DNA of 24,000 nucleotides from NCBI GenBank assembly GCA_049965935.1, contig JBMFVP010000002.1:35644-59643 (forward strand). The letters run 5' to 3'. This DNA is from Thermocladium sp. (GTDB lineage: Archaea; Thermoproteota; Thermoprotei; Thermoproteales; Thermocladiaceae). Below are positions 6,194 to 14,451 of the stretch, piece after piece. Under the pieces are notes generated by a model, which had not been told where the DNA came from, did not search any database, and was given only the letters and a program-made list of their open reading frames with translations. Position 1 is the stretch's first letter; each line of letters opens with the position of its first letter. The translations under genes were made by a program, and so were the position numbers.

Positions 6194-7069
6194 ATGGAAA
6201 GCAAGTGGACATTATATTTAATGGTGCCGGTGGCAGCCATGGTGCTTGGCTCTATTTTATCCGTTGGCTTAGCATCTATTCATGTCACATATGTCCCCTC
6301 AGGTCCCCCATTTAATCAAAGCAATACCGTGGAGTCAAGCATCTATAATGTCTTAATAGTTATAATGTTAATGATAGCCATGACTGGTCTAATATACGCT
6401 ATGGTGAAGTATGGTAAGATACGGCTCTTTACGGCTGTTAAGGCTACCTTGATCACAATTATGGTGTTTTCAATGATTTTGTTCTTCATGGGGGTATTCT
6501 CATACCGGTATGGTGCGTTCTTATTGTATAATGCATTTGTTTTTTATGCATTGGCTGTTGTGGTCTCGACGATTATAGTTTACTGTGCCTTAGCCAGGGA
6601 AGGAGTGTGCAGCGTGATAAGTATAACGCTTTATAGTTCAATGGCTGGAACCATATTGTCAATAACATTTCCTCCCCTCACATTGCTGATATTGCCAGCT
6701 GCATTGGCTATATATGATATTTTCATGGTATATAAGGGATTATTAGGAAAACTAGTTGAATCTAATGGTAATGAGGAAAGGAGAGAGAAGCGTAATATAT
6801 TGAAGGGATTAATGGTTGACCTAGGCGATTTGGGCGTAGGAGTTGGTGATCTAGTTGTCTACTCAATGATATCTAGCTTAGATATAATTTCCTCAATTCG
6901 TTATGGGGCATTTATTGCATTTCTAACAGTTCTGGGATCTATCGTTGGCGTATCAATCGGCTTCATTATAACGATCAAGGTACTGCTTCCCAGGAGGGGC
7001 TATGCTCCTGCGCTTCCTATACCAGTGGCCCTTGGCTTAATTCCTTTTATAATCACTATACTCCTTTGA
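6194..7069 (+). CDS. presenilin / signal-peptide-peptidase homologue (A22 intramembrane aspartyl protease, PSH type)
   Basis: 291 aa polytopic membrane protein. It has YD (D175, codon 6716-6718), GVGD (D219, codon 6848-6850) and PAL (272-274) in the canonical order. Confidence 0.75.
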   Translation: MESKWTLYLMVPVAAMVLGSILSVGLASIHVTYVPSGPPFNQSNTVESSIYNVLIVIMLMIAMTGLIYAMVKYGKIRLFTAVKATLITIMVFSMILFFMGVFSYRYGAFLLYNAFVFYALAVVVSTIIVYCALAREGVCSVISITLYSSMAGTILSITFPPLTLLILPAALAIYDIFMVYKGLLGKLVESNGNEERREKRNILKGLMVDLGDLGVGVGDLVVYSMISSLDIISSIRYGAFIAFLTVLGSIVGVSIGFIITIKVLLPRRGYAPALPIPVALGLIPFIITILL

Positions 7070-7248
7070 GGATGAGTTAAAGTATTCCATCCTCTCCTTA
7101 TTTAGCGGATGGCTTCTAATGATAGTGATCCAAGGGTTGTCACCGAAACTTTCGATTTTCATTGCGACAATAAGTCTCAACGACTTTTTTATTTTTATTG
7201 GTTAAAATAGATGTTCACATTATAAACAATGCGTTGATACCATCATTC

Positions 7249-7473
7249 ATGGAAGTGCAAACCTATTATAAATGCCCCTCATGTAAGGCCAGTAACTTAG
7301 TGCTGGCGGAGAACCCAGTATCCTTGATGCTATACTGTCCTCATTGCAGCATTCACGTCTCCTTCGATAAAAAAGATATAGTGAGGAATTACGTGGATTA
7401 TGAGAGGCATGAATTCAGGTGGAAGGAGGCGATAAATGATATATATCACTCCATAGTGGCTGCGATGCACTGA
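7249..7473 (+). CDS. small zinc-ribbon protein (CPSC...CPHC)
   Basis: 74 aa from MEVQTYYKCPSC...YCPHCSIHV. ATTATAAA at 7219-7226 lies about 26 nt upstream of ATG 7249, so the TTG-extended ORF from 7198 is probably too long. Confidence 0.5.
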   Translation: MEVQTYYKCPSCKASNLVLAENPVSLMLYCPHCSIHVSFDKKDIVRNYVDYERHEFRWKEAINDIYHSIVAAMH

Positions 7474-7506
7474 TGTCTCCGCCAAGCCTTGATAAGGAAC
7501 GATAAG

Positions 7507-7540
7507 CCTTGCCCCTTCTAAGGGGCATGGTTAGGTTTTT
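7507..7540 (+). repeat. intergenic hairpin + tail motif, copy D
   Basis: CCTTGCCCCTTCTAAGGGGCATGGTTAGGTTTTT. Hairpin 7510-7527 has 6 bp and loop UUCUAA. It is preceded by ACGATAAG, as copy C is preceded by ACGATATA. Confidence 0.35.
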
Positions 7541-7635
7541 AGGTGCTTGCGCGGGGAGCGTTATTGTCCCCTGAATTTTTGGGTATGGGGAGCGGAGGCG
7601 GGCCCCGCAATACCCAGGGGAGAGTGTCAGATGCT

Positions 7636-8118
7636 TTATGTTTTATAAATGAGGTATAGCTCGCTAAGATTATCGGTATTTATTAATGGAATATTAGAGA
7701 CCAAGTTGAAGCCCCTTCTCACGGTTATTCTATTGATCTCCACATATAACCTGCTTATTCTTGCTTCACTGATATTAATGCTAGGCGAAAGAAATGGCAG
7801 AACCACTCCATCAATATTTGCCGAAATAATAGAACTAGCATCTAGATATATAGCGAATCTATTTACTAAATTCCTTAGATTATCGTAATTAACGGCTATC
7901 CGCGTGGGAATTATTAACTCGATATTATGCGAATTAATAAATCTAAGTATTTTGGTATCCATAAGTATGTTTTGCAATAAATCATTAATGTAGATTGCCC
8001 TTATGCACTCTGCATTATTGAGCAGCATATACCTATTAATTAATGCAATAGATGTAGTTGCTATTCCATCAAAACCAGCCACGCACTTGTGGCTAAACAT
8101 GAGTTTCTTAATTATCAT
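7636..8118 (-). CDS. hypothetical protein (Ile/Asn-rich, no recognisable family)
   Basis: 160-aa ORF starting 15 nt after the pheT stop on the same strand, with GAGGG immediately upstream of the ATG. The composition is more AT-rich than the neighbours. Confidence 0.45.
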   Translation of the reverse strand: MIIKKLMFSHKCVAGFDGIATTSIALINRYMLLNNAECIRAIYINDLLQNILMDTKILRFINSHNIELIIPTRIAVNYDNLRNLVNRFAIYLDASSIISANIDGVVLPFLSPSINISEARISRLYVEINRITVRRGFNLVSNIPLINTDNLSELYLIYKT

Positions 8119-8133
8119 TCCCTCACGCCGCCA

Positions 8134-9783
8134 TTACTGAAAAATAAGCTTAAGTAATTCATCGATGCTCACCTCGAATATGCCAGTTGGGTTCTCCAGC
8201 CCTAACTTCATCAATATATCTGGATTAACTTCAAATGCCTTGCCTATGGTGAAGCCATTGACAATTATCTTAACTGATCTGCCATTTATGCCGTTTTCCT
8301 CATTTATTGCCTCATAGCTGGCCTTCAGTCCTAGTTGATTAATTAATGAACTGGACATAACTAGCACATCGGTTAGTGTCACTTCATTGCCGGTAATTGC
8401 GAACCCTAAATGGTTCTCCTCAATAACGCTGCCGTCATCAATGGAAGCCACTCTACCAATCTCGAATACTTTAGGTTTCCTTGGAGCCAGAGTCTTGTTC
8501 CTAGCTAGAAGGGAAACTAGTTGAGGCCATATAGCTGTTCTAACCATGGAGTAAAGCTCGCTTATTGGGTTAACCAATTTAATGGGCGTTCCCCCAAGCG
8601 ATGCTAAGTAAGGATCAGTAAGCACATAATTCATTACTTCCTGAGCCCCTAGCCCTATCATCGCTTCCCTAATTAATCCAACCAGTCTAGTTATTGGGTG
8701 TAACCGTCCGCTGGATGGGGATGAAGGATTTATGCCGGGTATCTCGTGGTATCCCTTAATTATGGCAGCATCCTCTATTATATCTACAGCATGTATTACG
8801 CCCAGCCTATATGGAGCGATCTTCACTTGAATTAAGTCTTCATCTATCTTGCTTGCATCATGCCTAGCCCTCAATAATAGGTTCAATGCCTCATCCATAT
8901 TGAGACTTACGCCTAGTCGCTTATTGATATCACTCAATTCTATTTGCCGCTCAGTTGGATTTAGGTCTTTTTCGCTAAGAGCATTAGTTCCTATTAATTC
9001 AACCACGTGATTAAGTGTCCTCTCCCGTAAACCATAAACAAAGATAGTGAATACTTCCCTTAATGACTTGATATCAGTTGCCGTAACATCTATTAAAATA
9101 TCCCTAGTGTTGGGATCAACCTTAGTTGACTCACTGCCTAGCACTGGTGCTACAGCTAAAACTCTACCATTGCTATCAGCTATTATGGGTACCTTCCCAT
9201 TAAGCATTGCGTATTCTCCATACATTCTCCCTTTTTCCAGCGAGAATAGCTCTGTGCCTCTTATCTCCCTATTCATTTCTAGAGGTATATATGAGACATC
9301 ATCTATGTTTGCTTGCTTATACACTACTGGTAGATCCACTTTTGATAAATCATAAACTCCTATGGATGCTCTCCTCCTATTCCTTCCATAAATAGTGGAC
9401 AACTTTTCCTGCAGTTGTATCATTTGGCGAATAGCTTCATCACTGAGAGAGAAACCACGCATTATAGCGAAGACAACGTACTTCCTATTTGGAACATCAT
9501 CTATATGCGATAAATCAGTTCTCCATACAGATTTAAGCTCAGCTAATCCTACTTCAATGCCTAGGATTCCCTTAAATGTCCTTGCTATTCCCTCGACTGA
9601 GAAGTGATCCGGCCTATCATGAGTGACCTCTAGCTCAACCTTCTCGCCATCTACGTTATCTATTTCCATTTTTGCATATTTAATGACTTCCCTTAATTCA
9701 TCTATTCCTAACTTACGTCCAACCAAGGACTCCAAATCATGTAAGTCAATGGAAATGCTCACGCGGCCTAATGCCATCCACAT
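8134..9783 (-). CDS. pheT: phenylalanine--tRNA ligase beta subunit (archaeal type)
   Basis: 549 aa. N-terminal ..DLHDLESLVGRKL..EL..V....KMEIDNVDG..VELEVTHDRPD, then B3/4 and B5-like regions and a C-terminal catalytic-like fold, as in archaeal PheT. Confidence 0.9.
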   Translation of the reverse strand: MWMALGRVSISIDLHDLESLVGRKLGIDELREVIKYAKMEIDNVDGEKVELEVTHDRPDHFSVEGIARTFKGILGIEVGLAELKSVWRTDLSHIDDVPNRKYVVFAIMRGFSLSDEAIRQMIQLQEKLSTIYGRNRRRASIGVYDLSKVDLPVVYKQANIDDVSYIPLEMNREIRGTELFSLEKGRMYGEYAMLNGKVPIIADSNGRVLAVAPVLGSESTKVDPNTRDILIDVTATDIKSLREVFTIFVYGLRERTLNHVVELIGTNALSEKDLNPTERQIELSDINKRLGVSLNMDEALNLLLRARHDASKIDEDLIQVKIAPYRLGVIHAVDIIEDAAIIKGYHEIPGINPSSPSSGRLHPITRLVGLIREAMIGLGAQEVMNYVLTDPYLASLGGTPIKLVNPISELYSMVRTAIWPQLVSLLARNKTLAPRKPKVFEIGRVASIDDGSVIEENHLGFAITGNEVTLTDVLVMSSSLINQLGLKASYEAINEENGINGRSVKIIVNGFTIGKAFEVNPDILMKLGLENPTGIFEVSIDELLKLIFQ

Positions 9784-9824
9784 AATTTAACATTTTTGGA
9801 GAAACGCGCCATAGGAAATTGGCC

Positions 9825-9855
9825 ATCCCCTCATCTAAATAATGGGGATTCAGGA
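9825..9855 (+). repeat. C-rich/AU-loop/G-rich hairpin with GGGGAUUCAG tail (looser member of the motif family)
   Basis: ATCCCC-N13-GGGGAT (6 bp) then TCAGGAAG. It shares the 9-mer CCCTCATCT (9828-9836) with hairpin 4828-4846. Confidence 0.3.
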
Positions 9856-9923
9856 AGAAAAGAATTATGCAGTATCTTACCGTTCTCCTCGTAAATGGTC
9901 TCAATTAAGTTCATAGATGATCC

Positions 9924-10643
9924 CTATAATGTGGTTGGAGTACCTAGGAGAAAAGCTACCAGGGATGCTATTAACGGTATAGTTAAGTTGTCCTCGACTC
10001 CATAAGCCTCGGAAATAACCACGGCGGCGCCGAGTGCAGCCAGATCTATGGGCCTGAGTCCTAGCACTAGAAGCACAAGCATGTAAATGGTTAGGCCCCC
10101 TATTGATCCCTCTATTGTGGAGGTTGAGTACGGCAATTTATGCCGCCCAATAGCTGTTCCAATTAATGCGCTGAATGTATCGTAGAAAATCAATGCTAAG
10201 ATGCCGTATGCGGCATATGACCCAAATGCAGTATATGATGCATAGACACCGATTGCGCCCATTAATACGCCTAGGTATCCACCCCGCTTCTCATAATCCC
10301 TCTCTATATTTTTCAATGTGTCATTAAACATGTTCTCCAATTTATTGAATGTCATTATAACTTCCTCTCCTCCTCCTCGTTGAATTGTGCCTAAGATCTT
10401 TATTAATTGATCCCTGAACGATTGTCGAGCATCATCTAGCGCCTCGCTTATCACCAGCGATATTATGGGTCTCTTTAATTGAGTGGCATATAACATGGCT
10501 GCTAGAAATAGAAGTATTAAATAATAATACGTTATTAATTGGAGCTGGAGTCCTATTATGAATGGAGCAATGAGAAACACCGATAGTATTAGGTGAAAAA
10601 GCTTTCTATAAAGCAATGCCTTAACCCTGGCTATTCGGCTCAT
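9924..10643 (-). CDS. dolichol/polyprenol kinase-like membrane protein (CTP-dependent, cytidylyltransferase family 1 fold)
   Basis: 239 aa polytopic. The C-terminal YDTFSALIGTAIGRHKLPYSTSTIEGSIGG matches the D..A..vG...GRhK.....K(S/T).EGS motif of Sec59/dolichol kinase-type enzymes. Confidence 0.55.
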   Translation of the reverse strand: MSRIARVKALLYRKLFHLILSVFLIAPFIIGLQLQLITYYYLILLFLAAMLYATQLKRPIISLVISEALDDARQSFRDQLIKILGTIQRGGGEEVIMTFNKLENMFNDTLKNIERDYEKRGGYLGVLMGAIGVYASYTAFGSYAAYGILALIFYDTFSALIGTAIGRHKLPYSTSTIEGSIGGLTIYMLVLLVLGLRPIDLAALGAAVVISEAYGVEDNLTIPLIASLVAFLLGTPTTL

Positions 10644-10831
10644 GCATATAGCGAAGTTATCAACTATTTAAGCACTAAGTTTCTAATATACTTAATAGCT
10701 TGATTACATGTTAATTCTCATTACCGCCCATCCATCCTAAAGAGTGGGGCTTTATGGTTCTCTTTGGGTCCCCGGTTCTATAAACCATGAATGATCATTC
10801 CCCTCAATATATGGAGGCATGAAATGACATT

Positions 10832-11395
10832 CTATTTTTTAATAGTATTAAGCGTAACGTAAGCTACCATATCTAATACCTCCATTTTATTAAATGCCTC
10901 CTCTATCGTGGAACCCACGGCAACCGCGCCATGCTTCTCGAGTATTACTAAATCATTTCCCTCCTCAATGCGTTTAGCCACCTCGTTAGCCAGCTCTTGG
11001 GTGCCCGGCTCTATGTAGGGGACCATTCCCACGCCGCGGGAGTAGGATTTCAATTCACTAAAGGATTTATCTAGCTCTATGCCCGAATTACTTAATGCTA
11101 ATACATTAGGAGGATGGGCATGAAAGACTACATCATATTTCGTTCTTTTATATATTTCAACATGCATTCTCCACTCGCTGGATGGTTTTCTGTTCCCTTG
11201 CACTACTTCTCCACTCATATTAATCTCAACCACATCATCTTCACTTAATTCTAGCTTGGAGAAATTGCTTGGCGTTATCAGAATAATATCTTTAATTCTC
11301 ACGCTCATATTGCCTCCCATTAATGTATTTAACCCAACATCATGACTTAACCTGAAATACTTCACAAGGAGTCTCCGCTTCTCCATGCTATTCAT
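10832..11395 (-). CDS. class II aldolase/adducin-domain protein (FucA / MTRu-1-P dehydratase-like)
   Basis: 187 aa. GGNMSVR, SSEWRMHVEIY, the HAHPP metal motif and LEKHGAVAVG..EEAF. Confidence 0.75.
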   Translation of the reverse strand: MNSMEKRRLLVKYFRLSHDVGLNTLMGGNMSVRIKDIILITPSNFSKLELSEDDVVEINMSGEVVQGNRKPSSEWRMHVEIYKRTKYDVVFHAHPPNVLALSNSGIELDKSFSELKSYSRGVGMVPYIEPGTQELANEVAKRIEEGNDLVILEKHGAVAVGSTIEEAFNKMEVLDMVAYVTLNTIKK

Positions 11396-11476
11396 GAAGC
11401 TATGAGAATCCAGTTTCCTTTAAAAATTATATCTTTGTAGGCTCTATTTAGGTTATTTAAAAACTTACCCTATCCT

Positions 11477-11500
11477 GGAGAGGGGCGAGGCTTGCTCTCC
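11477..11500. other. GC-rich hairpin (GGAGAG / CTCTCC, extendable through G-U pairs) in a divergent spacer
   Basis: The 6-bp perfect stem 11477-11482/11495-11500 encloses a further 4 bp and a GAG triloop. It lies 33 nt upstream of motif copy C. Confidence 0.3.
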
Positions 11501-11532
11501 TCCTCATCATTATTTACAAAATGGACGATATA

Positions 11533-11573
11533 CCTTGCCCTTTAAGGTAGAAAGGGGATTAGTTGGTCATTGA
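11533..11573 (+). repeat. intergenic hairpin + G-rich tail motif, copy C
   Basis: CCTTGCCCTTTAAGGTAGAAAGGGGATTAGTTGGTCATTGA aligns with copy B. One stem position is fully compensated (C-G in B, U-A in C). Confidence 0.45.
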
Positions 11574-11637
11574 TTTATTATTAATTGGTTAATTATTCAT
11601 CACTGGAATTTACTTAGATTAAGCTAATTGGGAAAAC

Positions 11638-11645
11638 TTTATATA
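11638..11645 (+). promoter_or_regulatory. TATA box (TTTATATA) about 26 nt upstream of ATG 11667
   Basis: Seen in sequence. It supports ATG 11667 over the TTG at 11628. Confidence 0.4.
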
Positions 11646-11666
11646 TGGTATTTCTTTCAGGAAATT

Positions 11667-12020
11667 ATGTCCCAAATAGATAATGAGGAGCACACATGGG
11701 CGCTCATAGCTTGGATAATACCATTAATAGGCGGTATATTGGGCATAATAATTAAACCAAACTCCAATTACGTGAAGCATTGGTCTTATTTAAGCATAAC
11801 CTTTGGACTAGTGATCATAGTGATCGATGTTATATTAGGAATACTATCAATTGCAACTTTATTTGTTCCATTTTTATTTATAATATTCAGGGTAATAGGG
11901 TACTTATTCGATATTGCTTTCTTGGTCATTTGGATAATTGGAATATTAAGGGAACGCGCCATGCTTTATTGGAAGCCCCCTGTATTGTATGAGATTGCGA
12001 AAATGATGGGCGCCTCCTAA
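11667..12020 (+). CDS. small membrane protein, DUF4870-like
   Basis: 117 aa from MSQIDNEEHTWALIAWIIPLIGGILGIIIKPNSNYVKHW..., with 3 hydrophobic helices. The N-terminal pattern resembles DUF4870-type proteins. Confidence 0.45.
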   Translation: MSQIDNEEHTWALIAWIIPLIGGILGIIIKPNSNYVKHWSYLSITFGLVIIVIDVILGILSIATLFVPFLFIIFRVIGYLFDIAFLVIWIIGILRERAMLYWKPPVLYEIAKMMGAS

Positions 12021-12070
12021 AAGGATCATTATATTGCCGTAGCCCTAAATAAAGAATGAAACATCATCTA

Positions 12071-12463
12071 TCATATTTCCGGATTAACTTTCCTGGTTAA
12101 GTGAGTTAGTCGTTCCCATGTTGCTAGAAATGAGGAATAAGCGATCTCGCCCATATTAACTGGCCACACCATTGCTTCATTTAATTTATCGCCTCTCCTT
12201 GCTGCATATATTCTTTTTATTTTACCGTTCAGTATTGTATATGAGGGAAAGCAGAGGGATCCATGTGGAGCTATAACCGTGTCAGCTCCCAGCTCTAAGC
12301 ATCTTTTTGCTACTGTTGGCCTTTTTTCTCTGGCTTTTAGGGCTGGGTTCTTCTCTTTATGTACTATTTCTCCATTGTCTACAAGCACTATATAATCCGC
12401 CTTTGAGAATATCTCCAATTCTCCATTATCATTTATTGTTGTACATATCATTTTGGGCTTCAT
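12071..12463 (-). CDS. NifB/NifX-type (dinitrogenase FeMo-cofactor-binding fold) family protein
   Basis: 130 aa. ..F.KADYIVLVD..GEIV.......A......VAKRCLELGADTVIAPHGSLCFPSYTILNGKIK fits the PF02579-type layout. The start could be the internal ATG at 12451. Confidence 0.4.
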   Translation of the reverse strand: MKPKMICTTINDNGELEIFSKADYIVLVDNGEIVHKEKNPALKAREKRPTVAKRCLELGADTVIAPHGSLCFPSYTILNGKIKRIYAARRGDKLNEAMVWPVNMGEIAYSSFLATWERLTHLTRKVNPEI

Positions 12464-12560
12464 TGCTTTACTTTATTAAAATGTTTCCATGAAATTCAGG
12501 GAAGGAATTCAAGCGCCGCGATGGGAAAATTTAAATTCAAAAGTGAAGCGTAACATAACC

Positions 12561-12998
12561 ATGAAGCTCATTGGTAAACGACCCATAGACATGGGTTCAG
12601 AGGACATGTGGAAATTAATCATTGGGCGGCTTGATGATGTGATCAAGTGCGTTCCTGATGTCAAGGAGGTCAAAAAGAATGGTCAAGACTATGAAATGAA
12701 ATTATTTGTGCACATGGGGCCAGTGCGTGGGGACTTCAATACCTCGATAAGCATTGTTCAAATAGATGAATCCAATAAGTCGATTAAATTAAGGCTTCGC
12801 AGCAAGGGTCCAGGAACTACCCTCGACTCTAATATAACGGCAACGATAGGTAATGGCGAGATATCATATGATGCTGATCTCAGTATGAGTGGCATAATGG
12901 CTGCGGTAGGTCAACGAATAATAGAGGGATACATAGAAGGCAAGTTAAACCAGTTCCTAGACAATATAGTGAAGTTAGCGAAAACAGGTTCCTGCTAA
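12561..12998 (+). CDS. SRPBCC-superfamily protein, CoxG-like
   Basis: MKLIGKRPID..W.L......I.CVPDVKEV...G..Y...L.V.MGPVRGDFN........KLRLRSKGPG...D......G..ISYDADLSMSGIMAAVGQRII. TTTAAAT (12530-12536) lies about 28 nt upstream of ATG 12561. Confidence 0.5.
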   Translation: MKLIGKRPIDMGSEDMWKLIIGRLDDVIKCVPDVKEVKKNGQDYEMKLFVHMGPVRGDFNTSISIVQIDESNKSIKLRLRSKGPGTTLDSNITATIGNGEISYDADLSMSGIMAAVGQRIIEGYIEGKLNQFLDNIVKLAKTGSC

Positions 12999-13048
12999 AT
13001 AGAACAATTTTGGCTCAACTTTTTAAAGTATAGCCTTGAGTCTCGGCG

Positions 13049-13597
13049 ATGCAGCAGCAATTAGTAAGCGTAGTCACAGAGTACGTATATAGGAGAATAA
13101 CAATAGAGTATGATAATCCAGAGCTTGGAAAGCTCGCTGTAGCCATAATAAACACATTACTAAGCAAGGGGGAAGCTATGCCTGACGAGAAAATAGCATC
13201 CACATTGGGAGTTAATGCAGTAGAGGTTCGCCGTGTCCTTCATTTGTTGGATAGCGTCAGATTAGTTGCGAGGGGAAAGGAGACCTTAGAATATGGAACA
13301 ATGCAAGAAATGCGTTGGAGTATAGATAACAAGGTGATAAATAAGTTCATTAAGTGGATAATCAGGGAAACACGAAGAAAATTAGAGCACGTAATTGCGT
13401 CGCTCCATGATTCCTCATACTATGTCTGCCCCACTTGTTTTCGCCGGTATCCAGATAGTGAGGCATCCATGTATAACTTCACTTGTCTCGTAGATGGTTC
13501 CTCCCTTGATATGATTGATTCAGATGCTGAAATAAATTCATTATTAAATGTTGTCAGTAGATTAAAAAGGCTGGAGGAGGAGGTTCCTAATGCCTAA
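13049..13597 (+). CDS. tfe: transcription factor E (TFE alpha, TFIIE-alpha homologue)
   Basis: 182 aa. N-terminal winged helix (..IINTLLSKGEAMPDEKIASTLGVNAVEVRRVLHLLDSVRLV) and a zinc-ribbon region (YYVCPTCFRRY...FTCLVDG). TTTTTAAAG lies about 25 nt upstream of the ATG. Confidence 0.8.
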   Translation: MQQQLVSVVTEYVYRRITIEYDNPELGKLAVAIINTLLSKGEAMPDEKIASTLGVNAVEVRRVLHLLDSVRLVARGKETLEYGTMQEMRWSIDNKVINKFIKWIIRETRRKLEHVIASLHDSSYYVCPTCFRRYPDSEASMYNFTCLVDGSSLDMIDSDAEINSLLNVVSRLKRLEEEVPNA

Positions 13598-14279
13598 TAT
13601 AATTTTAAACGAGCCAATACTCAATACGGACTTCTTTATTACTGGATTCCATGGAGTAGGATTAGTAGGTTACTTGGCAGTGCGCCACTTAGTATCATCA
13701 ATGGAGTGCAATAGGATTGGGTTTATGGGAATAGCCATGCCCTACACATCATACATGAAGGGCCGGCTCTCATCTCCAGGCGATATATATTATTGCCCAA
13801 GCAATGGAATTACTATTGCTGCGTTTAATTATGGAATACCTGATAAGCAATTATTCTCTGCATCCAAGGAGTTAGCTAAGTGGGTTATCACATCTCGATT
13901 TAAGAACGTGATTTTGTTTGGCGGTCTCGATGCGTCCCTAAGGGATCCTGGCGACGAGAGTGGAGTAAAAATAATGACTACTAAGAGGGATGTAATTGAT
14001 AACTTATTGAATGATCATTACCTAGTTCTAGGCCCGCTTGCAATAATGATGAATGAGTTCTCCTATAGATCTTATCCAGCCATGGCAATACTTCCCTACG
14101 CTAATCCATCCTTGGCAGACCCCAGGGCAGCCGCTACTGGTCTCTCCTACTTTGCGGGTAAATTCAATATTAAGATTGATTTATCTAAGCTATATGAGGA
14201 TGCCCAAGTTCTTGAGGAGGAAGTACAGAAACAAATGAAGCAATTAGAGGGACGCAGAGAGACTTCGCTCTATATATAA
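13590..14279 (+). CDS. PAC2-family proteasome assembly chaperone / activator (PbaA/PbaB-like) with a C-terminal HbYX motif
   Basis: 229 aa. FITGFHGVGLVGYLAVRHLV is the PAC2 N-terminal signature. The C-terminus ends ...TSLYI (Leu-Tyr-X). The ATG overlaps the tfe 3' end by 8 nt and is preceded by GGAGGAGGAGG. Confidence 0.6.
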   Translation: MPNIILNEPILNTDFFITGFHGVGLVGYLAVRHLVSSMECNRIGFMGIAMPYTSYMKGRLSSPGDIYYCPSNGITIAAFNYGIPDKQLFSASKELAKWVITSRFKNVILFGGLDASLRDPGDESGVKIMTTKRDVIDNLLNDHYLVLGPLAIMMNEFSYRSYPAMAILPYANPSLADPRAAATGLSYFAGKFNIKIDLSKLYEDAQVLEEEVQKQMKQLEGRRETSLYI

Positions 14280-14451
14280 CCTCCCTAACATTATTAATGT
14301 CATATCGCTTTAAGATTGGAGGAACGGCAAACTTTTCCTCTTGTGGTCTCTCCTTGATCTTGTAACGTAGGTTTCCTCGTTATAATGGGTATCCCCTACA
14401 TAAAGGTGCCCACAATGTAATGCTTAGGTCAATGAAATTACTTGCTCTCTT

